Shown one piece after another: positions 1 through 9,019 of a DNA stretch of 25,035 bases; the first letter of the stretch is position 1, and every line of letters starts with the position of its first letter. This DNA comes from Candidatus Jordarchaeia archaeon. GTDB taxonomy: Archaea > Asgardarchaeota > Jordiarchaeia > Jordiarchaeales > Jordiarchaeaceae. Location of the stretch: NCBI GenBank assembly GCA_029856435.1, contig JAHQXB010000089.1, forward strand, positions 1 through 25,035. The letters run 5' to 3'. The notes under the pieces are model-generated. The model worked only from the letters and a program-made list of their open reading frames with translations, was not told the origin of the DNA and did no database searches. Made by a program: the position numbers and the translations under genes.

Positions 1-428
1 CGGAAACCTGCATTTCCCTATTTAGGGATATGATTGGGCTCCACCTCCATTGTTTGTTATAACATATAACATAGGAGAGCCCAAAAATCCCAAAAAAGTT
101 GACCGATTAGCAGACACAACCAATTAATTAAGTTTTTTGCAAGTACAAAAAATTAATTATAACGATGAGAAACTTTTTTGCCTGTTAGATGATATTAACT
201 TTTATTATCTGTTTTGTTAAAAGGTTTACTTTCATTTGAGGAAGGCTTCTATATCCTCTTTTGTTAATGTATTCCGCCTCTCCCGCTCTTTCAACAGTTT
301 CCTAGTAGTGTAGAAATGAATAGGACGAACTTTTCAAACTTTCTCGTGTGGAAACAGTATTTTGCCCAAAAGGTATTTATGGGAATATGGTCATATGCTC
401 CGGTTGAGAAATTAACTGGATGATTTTT

Positions 429-974
429 ATGAAGTATATTAAAGTGGCTCTTCCCGATGATCTTGAGGAGAAGGTAAGGTCGAAGGCGGGTGTCTTGTAT
501 GGGGCAAGGAAAGGGAGTCTTAGTCGTTCAGTTACCAACGCTCTCTTCAACTGGCTCAGCCCCGACCCAGAAATGTATGTAGGCACCACACCAAATGGTA
601 TGAGTTTCGAAGTGCCCGAGAAACTGGTTCCAGAGTTGATGGAAATTCTCATAGATGTCCTTAAACCCTCAAACGTTGTATACAGCTATCTGCAGGGTGA
701 GGAAGAGGTGGAGTTAAAACTCCCCGCAGAATTAGCAAGGTCAAAAAGTAGAGAAATGACGGGTGTGTTTCTGAATCCCACTTTTATGGCGGAACTCGAA
801 ACCGCTTCTTTATATACGGGTGGCGGTGGCTGCTTCCTATTGGAAGCTAATTTGAACAGGAAACAAAGAATTTCCATAGCAGAAAAATTACTAAAGCAGC
901 TAGATATCAAAATCAAGCTAGCTAAGGACAGGTTCAGTATTATTGTAAAAGAGGGGCATGTGGAGGTATCATAA
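429..974 (+). CDS. Ribbon-helix-helix (CopG/Arc-like) N-terminal domain protein with an unrecognised ~135 aa C-terminal region
   Basis: The N-terminus MKYIKVALPDDLEEKVRSKA...RKGSLSRSVTNALFNWL has the beta-strand plus two-helix RHH pattern typical of archaeal CopG-like proteins. ATG 429 is chosen over 420 because it matches where the domain starts. Confidence 0.7.
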   Translation: MKYIKVALPDDLEEKVRSKAGVLYGARKGSLSRSVTNALFNWLSPDPEMYVGTTPNGMSFEVPEKLVPELMEILIDVLKPSNVVYSYLQGEEEVELKLPAELARSKSREMTGVFLNPTFMAELETASLYTGGGGCFLLEANLNRKQRISIAEKLLKQLDIKIKLAKDRFSIIVKEGHVEVS

Positions 975-1189
975 TGAACAAAATTGTGAAAAGAACACTG
1001 GGCCACTTCAAAATACTCATAGAGCACTCTCTCAGACCATACGAACCCACAACCCAACACATCCTTAAACGAATGATTATGCCCATCTGCCAAGATATTA
1101 GAACAATGCAGATGAAGGGAACGAAAAACGACTCCTGGGAGCTCCTTCAAGGCTTAGCCGAAGAATGCAAAGCCATCCTCAACCAGTAA
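974..1189 (+). CDS. Small hypothetical helical protein (71 aa), translationally coupled to the RHH gene
   Basis: TAATG stop/start overlap at 972-976 and a strong RBS GGAGGT at 962-967. No family recognised. Confidence 0.7.
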   Translation: MNKIVKRTLGHFKILIEHSLRPYEPTTQHILKRMIMPICQDIRTMQMKGTKNDSWELLQGLAEECKAILNQ

Positions 1190-1241
1190 AAACAGAAAAA
1201 AGAAATATTCAAGAAATGTGGCCCAAAAAGAGGGTGGCGAT

Positions 1242-1365
1242 TTAATCAGAATACTCTTCATTTTGAAAATAAATTGGTCAATCTCGATGATAGGTTGCCA
1301 GTATTTTTATTATCTGCAATTTGATTTGATGGGACACCTTTTAGGGTTCTCCAAAACGAAGTCGG
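1242..1365 (-). pseudogene. Remnant 3' end of an amidohydrolase-3 paralog
   Basis: The minus strand reads, with frameshifts, DFVLENPK..SNQIAD..ILATYHRD*PIYFQNEEYSD*. This matches the C-terminus DFVILERNPKSVPPNRIADIKILATYHRGRRIY of the intact gene at 2510-4180. Confidence 0.8.
1268..1365. repeat. Degenerate ~100 bp direct repeat, copy A (copy B at 2521-2622)
   Basis: Manual alignment gives roughly 75% identity, for example ctcgatgataggttgccagtatttt against ctcgatgataagttgccagtatttt. Confidence 0.85.
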
Positions 1366-1446
1366 AGACGGGAAGAGTTAAATATGATTTGATTCGGGGT
1401 TGAGATAGTTTGAGGTTGACTGTGTAGGTTTGGACGGGTGTGGTTT

Positions 1447-1679
1447 ATGAGGTTGAAGCTTAAAGACGGGAGAGAAGTGAATGGTGTTGAAGTGGGATTC
1501 CGTGTTATGCGTGAAGAGTGAAGTGAGTTCCGGTTGGAGAATGGAAAAGTTTTGCAGGTAAACCCGTTGTTTTGAAGGTCTACGAGTTGGATGATTTAGA
1601 TCCTCTAACAGGTGAGCCGGATTATTTAGTCAGGTCGCAAACAGTTATCTCTGTTAGTTATCCCAAGGAGAGAGAGTAA
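1447..1679 (+). pseudogene. Pseudogene of a small conserved hypothetical protein (~77 aa)
   Basis: Reads MRLKLKDGREVNGVEVGFRVMREE*SEFRLENGKVLQV / KPVVLKVYELDDLDPLTGEPDYLVRSQTVISVSYPKERE*. There is an in-frame TGA at 1519-1521 where I recall a Trp in the family's EEW motif, and a 1 nt deletion near 1560. Confidence 0.7.
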
Positions 1680-1683
1680 ATTG

Positions 1684-2075
1684 ATGGAGCATTCGAGGGT
1701 TAAGAATTCTTCCACCTTTTGGGGAACCCAGAAGGGTGAGTAAGGGTTGACGGGAACCTAAGGGAACAGTAATTACAACTACTAGTGATGGGAATATTTC
1801 CAAGGCTGTTGGCAGAACTGCGGATGGCTGGGTTAGATGGGAGGAGTATCGCAGAGAGTTAGAAAAACAATTTAGCGTTTGAGATGAAAGATGAGCTTTT
1901 CCGAAACCACGTAGGGAAGTGGGTGGCCTTTAAGAATTGAAATATAATAGTTTCCAACTCTACCGAGGTGCTCAAACTGTCGAGAGACGTCAAACATAGA
2001 ATAATTGTAAAGATTACGGAGAAATTCCTTAAGCAACCCCATGAAATCTACTTGGGTGAACAAGCCTACGAATAG
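1684..2075 (+). pseudogene. DUF5678-like pseudogene
   Basis: Reads ...RWEEYRRELEKQ / AFEMKDELFRNHVGKWVAFKN*NIIVS...KITEKFLKQPHEIYLGEQAYE*. The GKWVA motif fits DUF5678. There is a TGA at 1938-1940, a frameshift near 1870 and another TGA at 1748. The 5' boundary is uncertain. Confidence 0.55.
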
Positions 2076-2467
2076 AGTATACAGGCAACCATACATTGAT
2101 GAAAGATTCAACTATTTATGCCCAGCAGTCAAGATTAAAATATCAAACTTTGTTAGCGGAGAGAAAACAGAAATGGTTGCACTCCTTGACACGGGATTCG
2201 ACGGAATGATTCTAATCACCTGGAAAACCTATACAGAGCTAAAATTGGAAAAATGTCAACTTCCAGACATCTTTTCACAACGGGGAGTGACCGTGTCGGG
2301 GGGAGAAGGAAAAACTATTATACTCCTACGCGAAAGTTGAAATGGGCTCTCCAAATCTCCTAACAGTAGTGACAACATTCAGGGACAATAAATTACTCAC
2401 CATCGGAAGAGGCTTCATCGAAGACTACAAAACAATTCTAGATGGCTCAAAAAACCACTCGCAATAA
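2056..2467 (+). pseudogene. Clan AA (retropepsin-like) aspartic protease pseudogene
   Basis: Catalytic motif ALLDTGFDG. A +1 frameshift at the G6 run (2298-2303) continues into LLYSYAKVEMG...FRDK*LLTIGRGFIEDYKTILDG, which carries the clan AA C-terminal (L)IGR motif. Internal TAA at 2390-2392. Confidence 0.8.
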
Positions 2468-2509
2468 AAGAAGATAAAGAGGAAAACACTTAAACAATTT
2501 TTAACGTCC

Positions 2510-4180
2510 TCAAGGCGGAGAATAAATTCGCCGTCCTCGATGATAAGTTGCCAGTATTTTAATGTCTGCAATTCGGTTCGGGGGGACGCTTTTAGGATTT
2601 CTTTCAAGAATTACAAAGTCGGCCAGTTTTCCCTCTTCGAGGCTTCCCTTAATTTTCTCCTGTCCAAGGGCATATGCCGCATTCAGTGTAAACATTTTAA
2701 GTGCTTCAGTTATGGTTATTGCCTGTTCGGGTATGAACCCGTTTCGGGTGACACAGACCTGTAAGGCTTTCAATACTTTGGCGGATTCCACTGGGGAGTC
2801 TGAAGCCCCTGCCAGAACTATACCGGCATCAATTATTGAGCGGAATGGGTAAACGTTTTTGATTCTCTCTGGGCCTAAGCGTTTTTCCAGCCACGTATAC
2901 TCACTATCTATGAACATTGGCTGGCAGACCAAAACTATTCCCAAATCTGCTACGTCTCTGATAACGTCTGGTGTAAGCACTGAGGCGTGCTCAATTCGGA
3001 ATCGGGCCCCTTCCCCAGAATTAACGGTTTTCAATACCCGCTTGTAGAGGTCAACCACCCATCGGTTGGCTCTGTCTCCTATGGCATGTATCAAGATTTG
3101 ATATCCCCACTTGTAGGTTTCTTTTATGATTTCGAAGAGAGACTCCTCATCAGTCATAAAGAAGCCCTTACTCTTTTGCGGCGAATCTGAGAATGGTTCA
3201 AACATGGCAGCGGTGAAGGCTCCGAATGTTCCGTCAGCGAACCTTTTGATTCCCCCCACTTGGAACCTTCCCTCCCCTACGCCCAATTCCTGGAAAGATT
3301 TCTCAACATTCTTTAACTCCCCCGGCTGCGTGGTTATAACGTAAAAAACGAAATCCTGCTCTATTAAACCCTCTCTTATTAGGCCTTGAATCAACGGTAT
3401 TTCAAAAGTTCCCGCTTTTCCCGCAGGGCCCTCCTCACCCAACTGTACTACTCCGCCACAGGTGGTGATTCCATAGGATGCCAGCTCTTGGGAAAATATT
3501 CTGCCCGCATCCAGGAAACGCTGCAAATCAGGCAGGGGCATAAACCCCAAGGGAATAGCGGTGGCTGCCTCGGTAAACACTCCTGTGGGTTCCCCATTCT
3601 CGTCCACTTTAATTTCCCCAGCCTCCACAGCTTTTTCCGCAACATTGGATTTATCAATCCCAATTATTTTTAGGGCCAAGGAATTTACAGCACAAATGTG
3701 TCCATCGTGCCGCAAAACTAACACCGGATGCTCAGAGCTGATTTCGTCCAAATCGTACCTGTTGGGGAACCGCCGCTCCTCAGGCTTTTCGAAAATATCC
3801 TCCATTAAGTCAAAACCCACAACCCACTGTCCCTCACCACATTTCCTCGCTTCTTCTACAAGAATTCTTTTCAAATCATCATACCCCTTAACTCCTGACA
3901 GACTCCTCTGTGTTTTATAAAAAATGTATATTCCTGGGTGCATGTGAGCATCAATAAAACCGGGAACAATACAAGCACCGTTCAAATCGATTTCCCGCAA
4001 AGAAATTGTTTCACCACTCCCTAACCGCTTCTCCTCTCTAAATTGGGCTATGCGTTTTCTAACCTCCCTCTCTGAACCCACAGCTATGATTCTGTCTTGA
4101 AAAATAGCCATAGCACTGGCTTCAGAATCATAGGAGTCCATTGTTAGAATGGTACAATTATGAAAGAGGGTAACCTCCAT
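2510..4180 (-). CDS. Amidohydrolase family 3 (YtcJ/NfdA-like metal-dependent hydrolase)
   Basis: Motifs PGFIDAHMH, RHDGH...NS.AL, KRFADG, HAIGDRA, RIEHAS, GASDSP and KGSLEEGKLADFVIL. Start is at ATG 4180 or GTG 4189. Confidence 0.93.
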   Translation of the reverse strand: MEVTLFHNCTILTMDSYDSEASAMAIFQDRIIAVGSEREVRKRIAQFREEKRLGSGETISLREIDLNGACIVPGFIDAHMHPGIYIFYKTQRSLSGVKGYDDLKRILVEEARKCGEGQWVVGFDLMEDIFEKPEERRFPNRYDLDEISSEHPVLVLRHDGHICAVNSLALKIIGIDKSNVAEKAVEAGEIKVDENGEPTGVFTEAATAIPLGFMPLPDLQRFLDAGRIFSQELASYGITTCGGVVQLGEEGPAGKAGTFEIPLIQGLIREGLIEQDFVFYVITTQPGELKNVEKSFQELGVGEGRFQVGGIKRFADGTFGAFTAAMFEPFSDSPQKSKGFFMTDEESLFEIIKETYKWGYQILIHAIGDRANRWVVDLYKRVLKTVNSGEGARFRIEHASVLTPDVIRDVADLGIVLVCQPMFIDSEYTWLEKRLGPERIKNVYPFRSIIDAGIVLAGASDSPVESAKVLKALQVCVTRNGFIPEQAITITEALKMFTLNAAYALGQEKIKGSLEEGKLADFVILERNPKSVPPNRIADIKILATYHRGRRIYSPP

Positions 4181-4219
4181 GATATGCACACTCCATAATC
4201 AATATTTTAGGAATGCTCG

Positions 4220-5389
4220 CTACTTCTTTATAACAGTAGTGGGTCCCGTGGCATATTTTGCTAAAGCCTCCTCGTCCAGTTCAACTCCCCACCCCGGTCC
4301 TCGGGGCAATTTGGCCTTGCCGTCACTGTAATCTATGGGATCCTTAATGAGGTCATCCTCAAACATCACGTAGCCGAAGAGCTCAGTCTCGTACCAAAAA
4401 TTATGGGGCCGAGCCGCCGCCAAATGAATATGCATGGCAGACGCAATCCCCAGAGGCTGATTGTGCAGCACTGCGCCGATACCCCGCAATTCAGCATAAT
4501 TCAAAACTTTAATGGCATTAGTAACCCCTCCTGGGCGTTCCGAATTTAAACCCAGAACCCCCACCGCACCCAGTTCCACCAAAGTCACAAAGTCCCTTAC
4601 AGAGAAGCATCCCTCATGAGCCATAAGGGGGGTATCCACCCGCTTTTGGACGTAAGCCATGCCCAAATAGTCATCAGCATTAACCGGCTGCTCGGCAAAA
4701 TCAATACCAAAGGGCTCGATTGCCTTAATGGCCCGCACAGCCTCGGGGGGTTCATAGGCTTGATTATAGTCCACCCGCAGAGCCACATCAGAGCCTAAAG
4801 CATCGCGAAAACTCTCCACAATTTCCCTATCCTCCTTAACCCCCTTACCCAGTTTAAGCCGGAAAGCCTGATATCCCACCTTGTGAAACACTTCGGCAAG
4901 TCTCACCATGGTTTCAGTATCAGTTAAAGGTATTAAAGCAGCCAGCGGGATTTCGCTTACAGTTTGGCCCCCCATAAAGTGACACGCGGGACGCCCCGTA
5001 ATTTTTCCCATCAAATCATAACAAGCCTTATCCAAGAGCCCCTTCGCCACCTCGTTCCGAGTAATATTTGCATCAAATCTCTGCTGGATACGTTCCACAT
5101 TGAAGGGGCTCTCCCCCAGAACATACTTTGCCAAACATCCTTTAATCGTCGATATAATTTGGTCTGGAGATATTCCGGTTTCGGGTAGCCATACGAAGGA
5201 TTCCCCCAAACCTGTGGTGTCATCATCGCATATGAGTTTACAGATGACAAAATCGCCACCAAGCCAAGCTTCCTCTGCACCAATTGCCATTCCCAAACCG
5301 CCCGCGCCCGATTCCATGGCTTGTCGTATTTCAGGCCTGAAAGGTACATACAGGGGAGTTAACTCGATTCTCACAATCTCATTCTTCAA
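4220..5389 (-). CDS. Enolase superfamily, muconate lactonizing enzyme/mandelate racemase subgroup, with an atypical active site
   Basis: Motifs GLGE, RLKLG, RVDYNQ, AEQP, TELFG and PRGPGWGVELD. It lies 30-40 bp upstream of the amidohydrolase on the same strand. Confidence 0.92.
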   Translation of the reverse strand: MKNEIVRIELTPLYVPFRPEIRQAMESGAGGLGMAIGAEEAWLGGDFVICKLICDDDTTGLGESFVWLPETGISPDQIISTIKGCLAKYVLGESPFNVERIQQRFDANITRNEVAKGLLDKACYDLMGKITGRPACHFMGGQTVSEIPLAALIPLTDTETMVRLAEVFHKVGYQAFRLKLGKGVKEDREIVESFRDALGSDVALRVDYNQAYEPPEAVRAIKAIEPFGIDFAEQPVNADDYLGMAYVQKRVDTPLMAHEGCFSVRDFVTLVELGAVGVLGLNSERPGGVTNAIKVLNYAELRGIGAVLHNQPLGIASAMHIHLAAARPHNFWYETELFGYVMFEDDLIKDPIDYSDGKAKLPRGPGWGVELDEEALAKYATGPTTVIKK

Positions 5390-5853
5390 ATCTTAATCCA
5401 TCCCTTTCTTTAACATTTCTAATATGTATTTTTCCTTTTTTTACTTTAATAGAGTGTCACCTATAGAGTTTCTCATTAATTTTTTCCTAAACCTATCCTT
5501 GACCGGGGTTATTTAAGTCTTCTTTCCCCAAAAGAGGCGGAAAAACCATACTTTCTGAAAGCGAAAAGGAAAAAACTAATTGGAAAGTCTATAGATAAAT
5601 GTAAATCTAATCCTCCAAATTTTCAGGGTGCTCTTACTAGACTATTTTTGAGCCTTATTTTTTCCCATGTAGGTACGGAAAAGCCAAATATGGATTGGCA
5701 GTGAAACTAAAAATCATTCCCCTGTAATTCAAAAAGCATCTAAAAAATAGAAAATTCACCAAATCACACTCTTTGCACATAAAGAAAGAAATATAATATA
5801 GAAAAAAAATTAGGCATAAGAGGTGCGAATAACAATTATGCGGAGGATTATGG

Positions 5854-6459
5854 ATGTCTTCTTACAGACCTTTAGGCGTAAAACTGATTGTGGTACTCCT
5901 ATTACTTTTTGCCCTGGGGAGCGTGGCTGCTGCACTCGGCTACTGGTATATTATGGTTAATCCCTCAATTTTCATTTTTCATAAAATTTCGTATTTTTTT
6001 GAAACAACTTTTGCAGCTATAGGTGGTGGTATCTTAATTTTTGATATAATTTTTCCCATAGTAGTTACACAATTTGTTTACCGGATTGTAAGCTTCCAGT
6101 TAACGATTGGGATCTTCTCCGCTCACGTGATATTCTACCTGATTTTAAGCCCCATACTCATCTTTGTAGCTGTTGGGCTTTATCGGATGAGGAACTGGGC
6201 AAGGGTAACCACCATTATCTACTCCATACTAACTTTCATCTTCGCCTTCATCTTTGCCTACCTCACCTTTCCCCCAGTATTGGAAAGAGTCTCCTTTGAG
6301 TTAAATTACCCTCTTTTCAACATAAACATCCCTATGGTACTGCTTTCCCTCACTGAAGTATCCTTCGTTGGAATCTTTTTTTTGGGATTAGCGGTTTCAC
6401 TAATAATAGGGATAGGAATCCCCCTGTATTTATCAAGAGACGCTAAGTATGAGTTCTAG
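5854..6459 (+). CDS. Multi-pass membrane protein (RPLGV.../GLxxMxxWAR motif family, DUF2127-like)
   Basis: RBS GGAGGA at 5843. About five hydrophobic segments, with an N-terminal RPLGVKLI and an internal AVGLYRMRNWAR. Confidence 0.8.
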   Translation: MSSYRPLGVKLIVVLLLLFALGSVAAALGYWYIMVNPSIFIFHKISYFFETTFAAIGGGILIFDIIFPIVVTQFVYRIVSFQLTIGIFSAHVIFYLILSPILIFVAVGLYRMRNWARVTTIIYSILTFIFAFIFAYLTFPPVLERVSFELNYPLFNINIPMVLLSLTEVSFVGIFFLGLAVSLIIGIGIPLYLSRDAKYEF

Positions 6460-6987
6460 TACAAAGAAAGATAGTAAATCTAAACCGTTAGGTGTAATTC
6501 TGATTTTCGCCTATCTACTGTTTGTCTCAATTCGAGCCTGTATTTAGCGTATTTGTTTACGGTGGAAATTGGTTGAATTAGCGGTCTGGGTGCATTCGGT
6601 AGAATCTTCGGTCTTGATCCTTACCTATTTGGACCTATTACATGCATATTAGACCAGCAAAGGGACGCTGGGTTACAGTTATGGGCTTTGTTCTTCCTAG
6701 CTATTGGTGCTTTGTACTCGGTACCCGCCTATAGTCTTATTGAAATGAAAAGGTTGGGGCAAATAAACACTATAATCTGTGCCTTGCTGCAGATCGCCTC
6801 CGTTCTATGTAATCTGCCACTTGCGCTTCCCCACCTCTATACACCTACACTACTCTTGATACTTTACATGCCTGTCTTCTATCCTTCCCTTGGGGTATTC
6901 TGAGGAATAATTGTCTTAGTTATAGAATTAACAGTACTAGTGTACCGTTCGGAGACATTAAACATAGATTCGATTAATACAATCTAA
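6449..6987 (+). pseudogene. Pseudogenised tandem paralog of the 5854-6459 membrane protein
   Basis: ATG 6449 gives MSSSTKKDSKSKPLGVILIFAYLLF. After a frameshift near 6545 come in-frame TGAs at 6574 and 6901, the segment AYSLIEMKRLGQINTII (paralogous motif) and a final TM segment GIIVLVIELTVLVY ending at TAA 6985-6987. Confidence 0.7.
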
Positions 6988-7032
6988 AAAGTAGACGAGG
7001 TTTAAAGTACGAGTTCGAACTAAGATAAGAAT

Positions 7033-7418
7033 TTGGTAGCTCTCAGAAAAGTTCCCGTTGACAAGACTATTGTTGTAGTGCTAGCTATAATATTTATGAT
7101 TTTATTTGTAATTAGAATAATAAGGTTAAACGCACTTGTGACCAAAATTATTCCCGCAGAATTGCCCTGCAATTTGAAAAGAACGGGTTTGAAATGGAGG
7201 TTTTCTTATTGTTTCAGCACTGGATATTTTCCATGGATTTATTTTCACTTGCTGGTGACGGAATTGGCTCTTGAGAGAGCGTATTACATTTTGATCTCGA
7301 AGATGCTAGCAGTGAATTCGTTTTTGGTTTGCTGGGTTTTTTCGCCTGCGTTGGCTAGCTCTCCATGAGCAAGTGGGGACGCTACCTCGGTCCAGCATAT
7401 GTGTTGCACTATACGTAA
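7033..7418 (+). pseudogene. Heavily decayed third member of the same membrane-protein family
   Basis: Hydrophobic N-terminus IVVVLAIIFMILFVI. A different frame at 7341-7418 gives FACVG*LSMSKWGRYLGPAYVL, the family's GLxxMxKWGR motif interrupted by TAG 7356. Confidence 0.5.
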
Positions 7419-7503
7419 TATTTATTTGAATTTCCACTAAAGCTGTTAATAGTAAAAATATAGGTAAAGGAATTAATTGGTGTGGAAGAATTTTTCAAAT
7501 TAA

Positions 7504-8147
7504 ATGAAAATTGGGATTGTTCTCATTCTTCTAATAGGTTTTTCAAAGATATTTCTGGGTTCCTACTTTGCTTTCAAATATAGTGGGAACTGGGGAATTA
7601 TGCTTTCACTATATCTTCCCTACCCTATCGAGGAGACGGTTACTGGTGTGCTCACTTCCGAGAATCCCAACTATGAACATAAGTTACTACAGTCTTTAAG
7701 ATAAAAGCTCCAACTATAGTGTACTCTATCTAGAGAAGAATGCTACAAATTCTGTGAATTTCACTATCAATTAATATCAGGAGATTCATAGATACGAAAA
7801 TTCTTGGCCGATCTATTTATACCACTCTCAGAAATGCGAATACGCGTAAGAAATTGTAAAAGTTTTTTATCATTAGTTATATTGGTCTCCGTGAGAAAGA
7901 GGGCAATAAACGCTTTTTTTGGGGAAAAGAAGACTTCATTAACCGTTTATGCCCGGGACACCAAATGACAAAAAACTTTTCAAAATTATTACGCGAATAT
8001 GAAAATAGTTATTGGATGCACGTATACTACGAGTTTTCCTGGATTTATGTCGATGTTCTAGGTGGCTTTATTTTCATAGTTTACAGTATAGGGGGAGTGT
8101 GGAATCCGCAAATATTGGGTAACTCGTATCTATCTATAATTGAATGA
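7504..8147 (+). pseudogene. Possible decayed membrane-anchored/secreted protein gene
   Basis: A signal/TM-like start (MKIGIVLILLIGF) and a C-terminal hydrophobic fragment (7965-8147) are linked by a stop-riddled frame. No family recognised. Confidence 0.3.
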
Positions 8148-8321
8148 TAATTGTTGCCTCGGGTTATGTTTTACTATACTGTGCGGATAAGCTTGAGACA
8201 AAAAATTTTGAAAAATTGAAAAACCTTTAAAAAATTAGTTTTAGCTGTATACCTTTTGAGATAGTAATAAATGACATAAATTACTATAGTTTTCAAAACT
8301 TTTTCAGAGGTGAAATATCCA

Positions 8322-8885
8322 ATGCCTAAAAAAGAGTTAAAACCTGCCATTGCTTTATATCCGACTCCTGTTATTTTGGCTACTTCGATTGATGAGCATG
8401 GAAAGCCTAATGTTTGTACGCTTGCTTGGGTAGGTGTGTTATGTTCAGAGCCTCCACAAGTAGGAATTTCAATAAGACCTTCGCGTTATTCTCACGAGCT
8501 GATAAGTAAAACTAAAGAGTACGTTGTAAACATACCTACCGCCGATATCGTGAGAGAAACGGATTACTGTGGAATGGTAACTGGGAGAAAGGTGGACAAG
8601 TTTAAAGAAACCAAACTTACACCTGTTAAAGCAAAAAAAGTTAAACCGCCGTTAATAAAGGAATGCCCAGTTAACCTCGAGTGCAAGGTCAAAGACATTA
8701 TCAAACTAGGCGCACATGACCTTTTCATTGGAGAAATAGTCAACATTGATGCAGATGAAGAAGTTATGGATTCTCCTACAAATATTAATTTCAAAAAACT
8801 GAAAGCCATAACTTGGAATCCGGTCTCAAGAGAATACTATAACCTCGGAAAATCCTTGGGAGAATATGGTTTCTCACAAAAATGA
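8322..8885 (+). CDS. Flavin reductase family protein (flavoredoxin/DIM6-NTAB type)
   Basis: Motifs YPTPVIL, GKPNVCTLAW, ISIRPSRYSH, EYVVNIP, DKFKET, PPLIKECPVNLECKV and GAHDLFIGEIV. RBS GAGGTGA about 8 nt before ATG 8322. Confidence 0.93.
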   Translation: MPKKELKPAIALYPTPVILATSIDEHGKPNVCTLAWVGVLCSEPPQVGISIRPSRYSHELISKTKEYVVNIPTADIVRETDYCGMVTGRKVDKFKETKLTPVKAKKVKPPLIKECPVNLECKVKDIIKLGAHDLFIGEIVNIDADEEVMDSPTNINFKKLKAITWNPVSREYYNLGKSLGEYGFSQK

Positions 8886-9019
8886 ATTGCCAAGTAATGA
8901 TTCTAGAATAACGGATTTAAAACAAAAAAGGATAAACTTACCCTAGTAAATAAAAAGAAAAGAAAGGAATTATGGAGTACGTGCCTTTAACTACAACCCA
9001 AATATGAATCACTCCATTT

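Noticed and set aside
15-50. Palindrome TCCCTA-TT-TAGGGA (15-28) and a minus-strand GGAGGTG (RBS-like) near the left edge
   Set aside because: It may be an operator or the start of a gene leaving the window, but the nearest in-frame start hits a stop after 10 codons and the context is cut off.
1872-2111. 79 aa minus-strand ORF from the track
   Set aside because: It is the antisense shadow of the DUF5678-like and protease pseudogenes and has no recognisable motif.
2298-2303. G6 run in the protease gene as a phase-variable or programmed frameshift
   Set aside because: A downstream in-frame TAA (2390) would still truncate the protein, and the neighbouring genes are also decayed.
1519-7358. Stop-codon recoding (Sec, Pyl, or TGA=Trp/Gly) suggested by in-frame TGA at 1519, 1748, 1938, 6574, 6901 and TAG at 7356
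   Set aside because: Each affected gene also has frameshifts. Intact genes use TGG for Trp and end in TGA (e.g. 8883-8885). The positions fit single-base nonsense mutations at Trp/Gly/Leu codons, not Cys sites, and no SECIS-like element was recognised.
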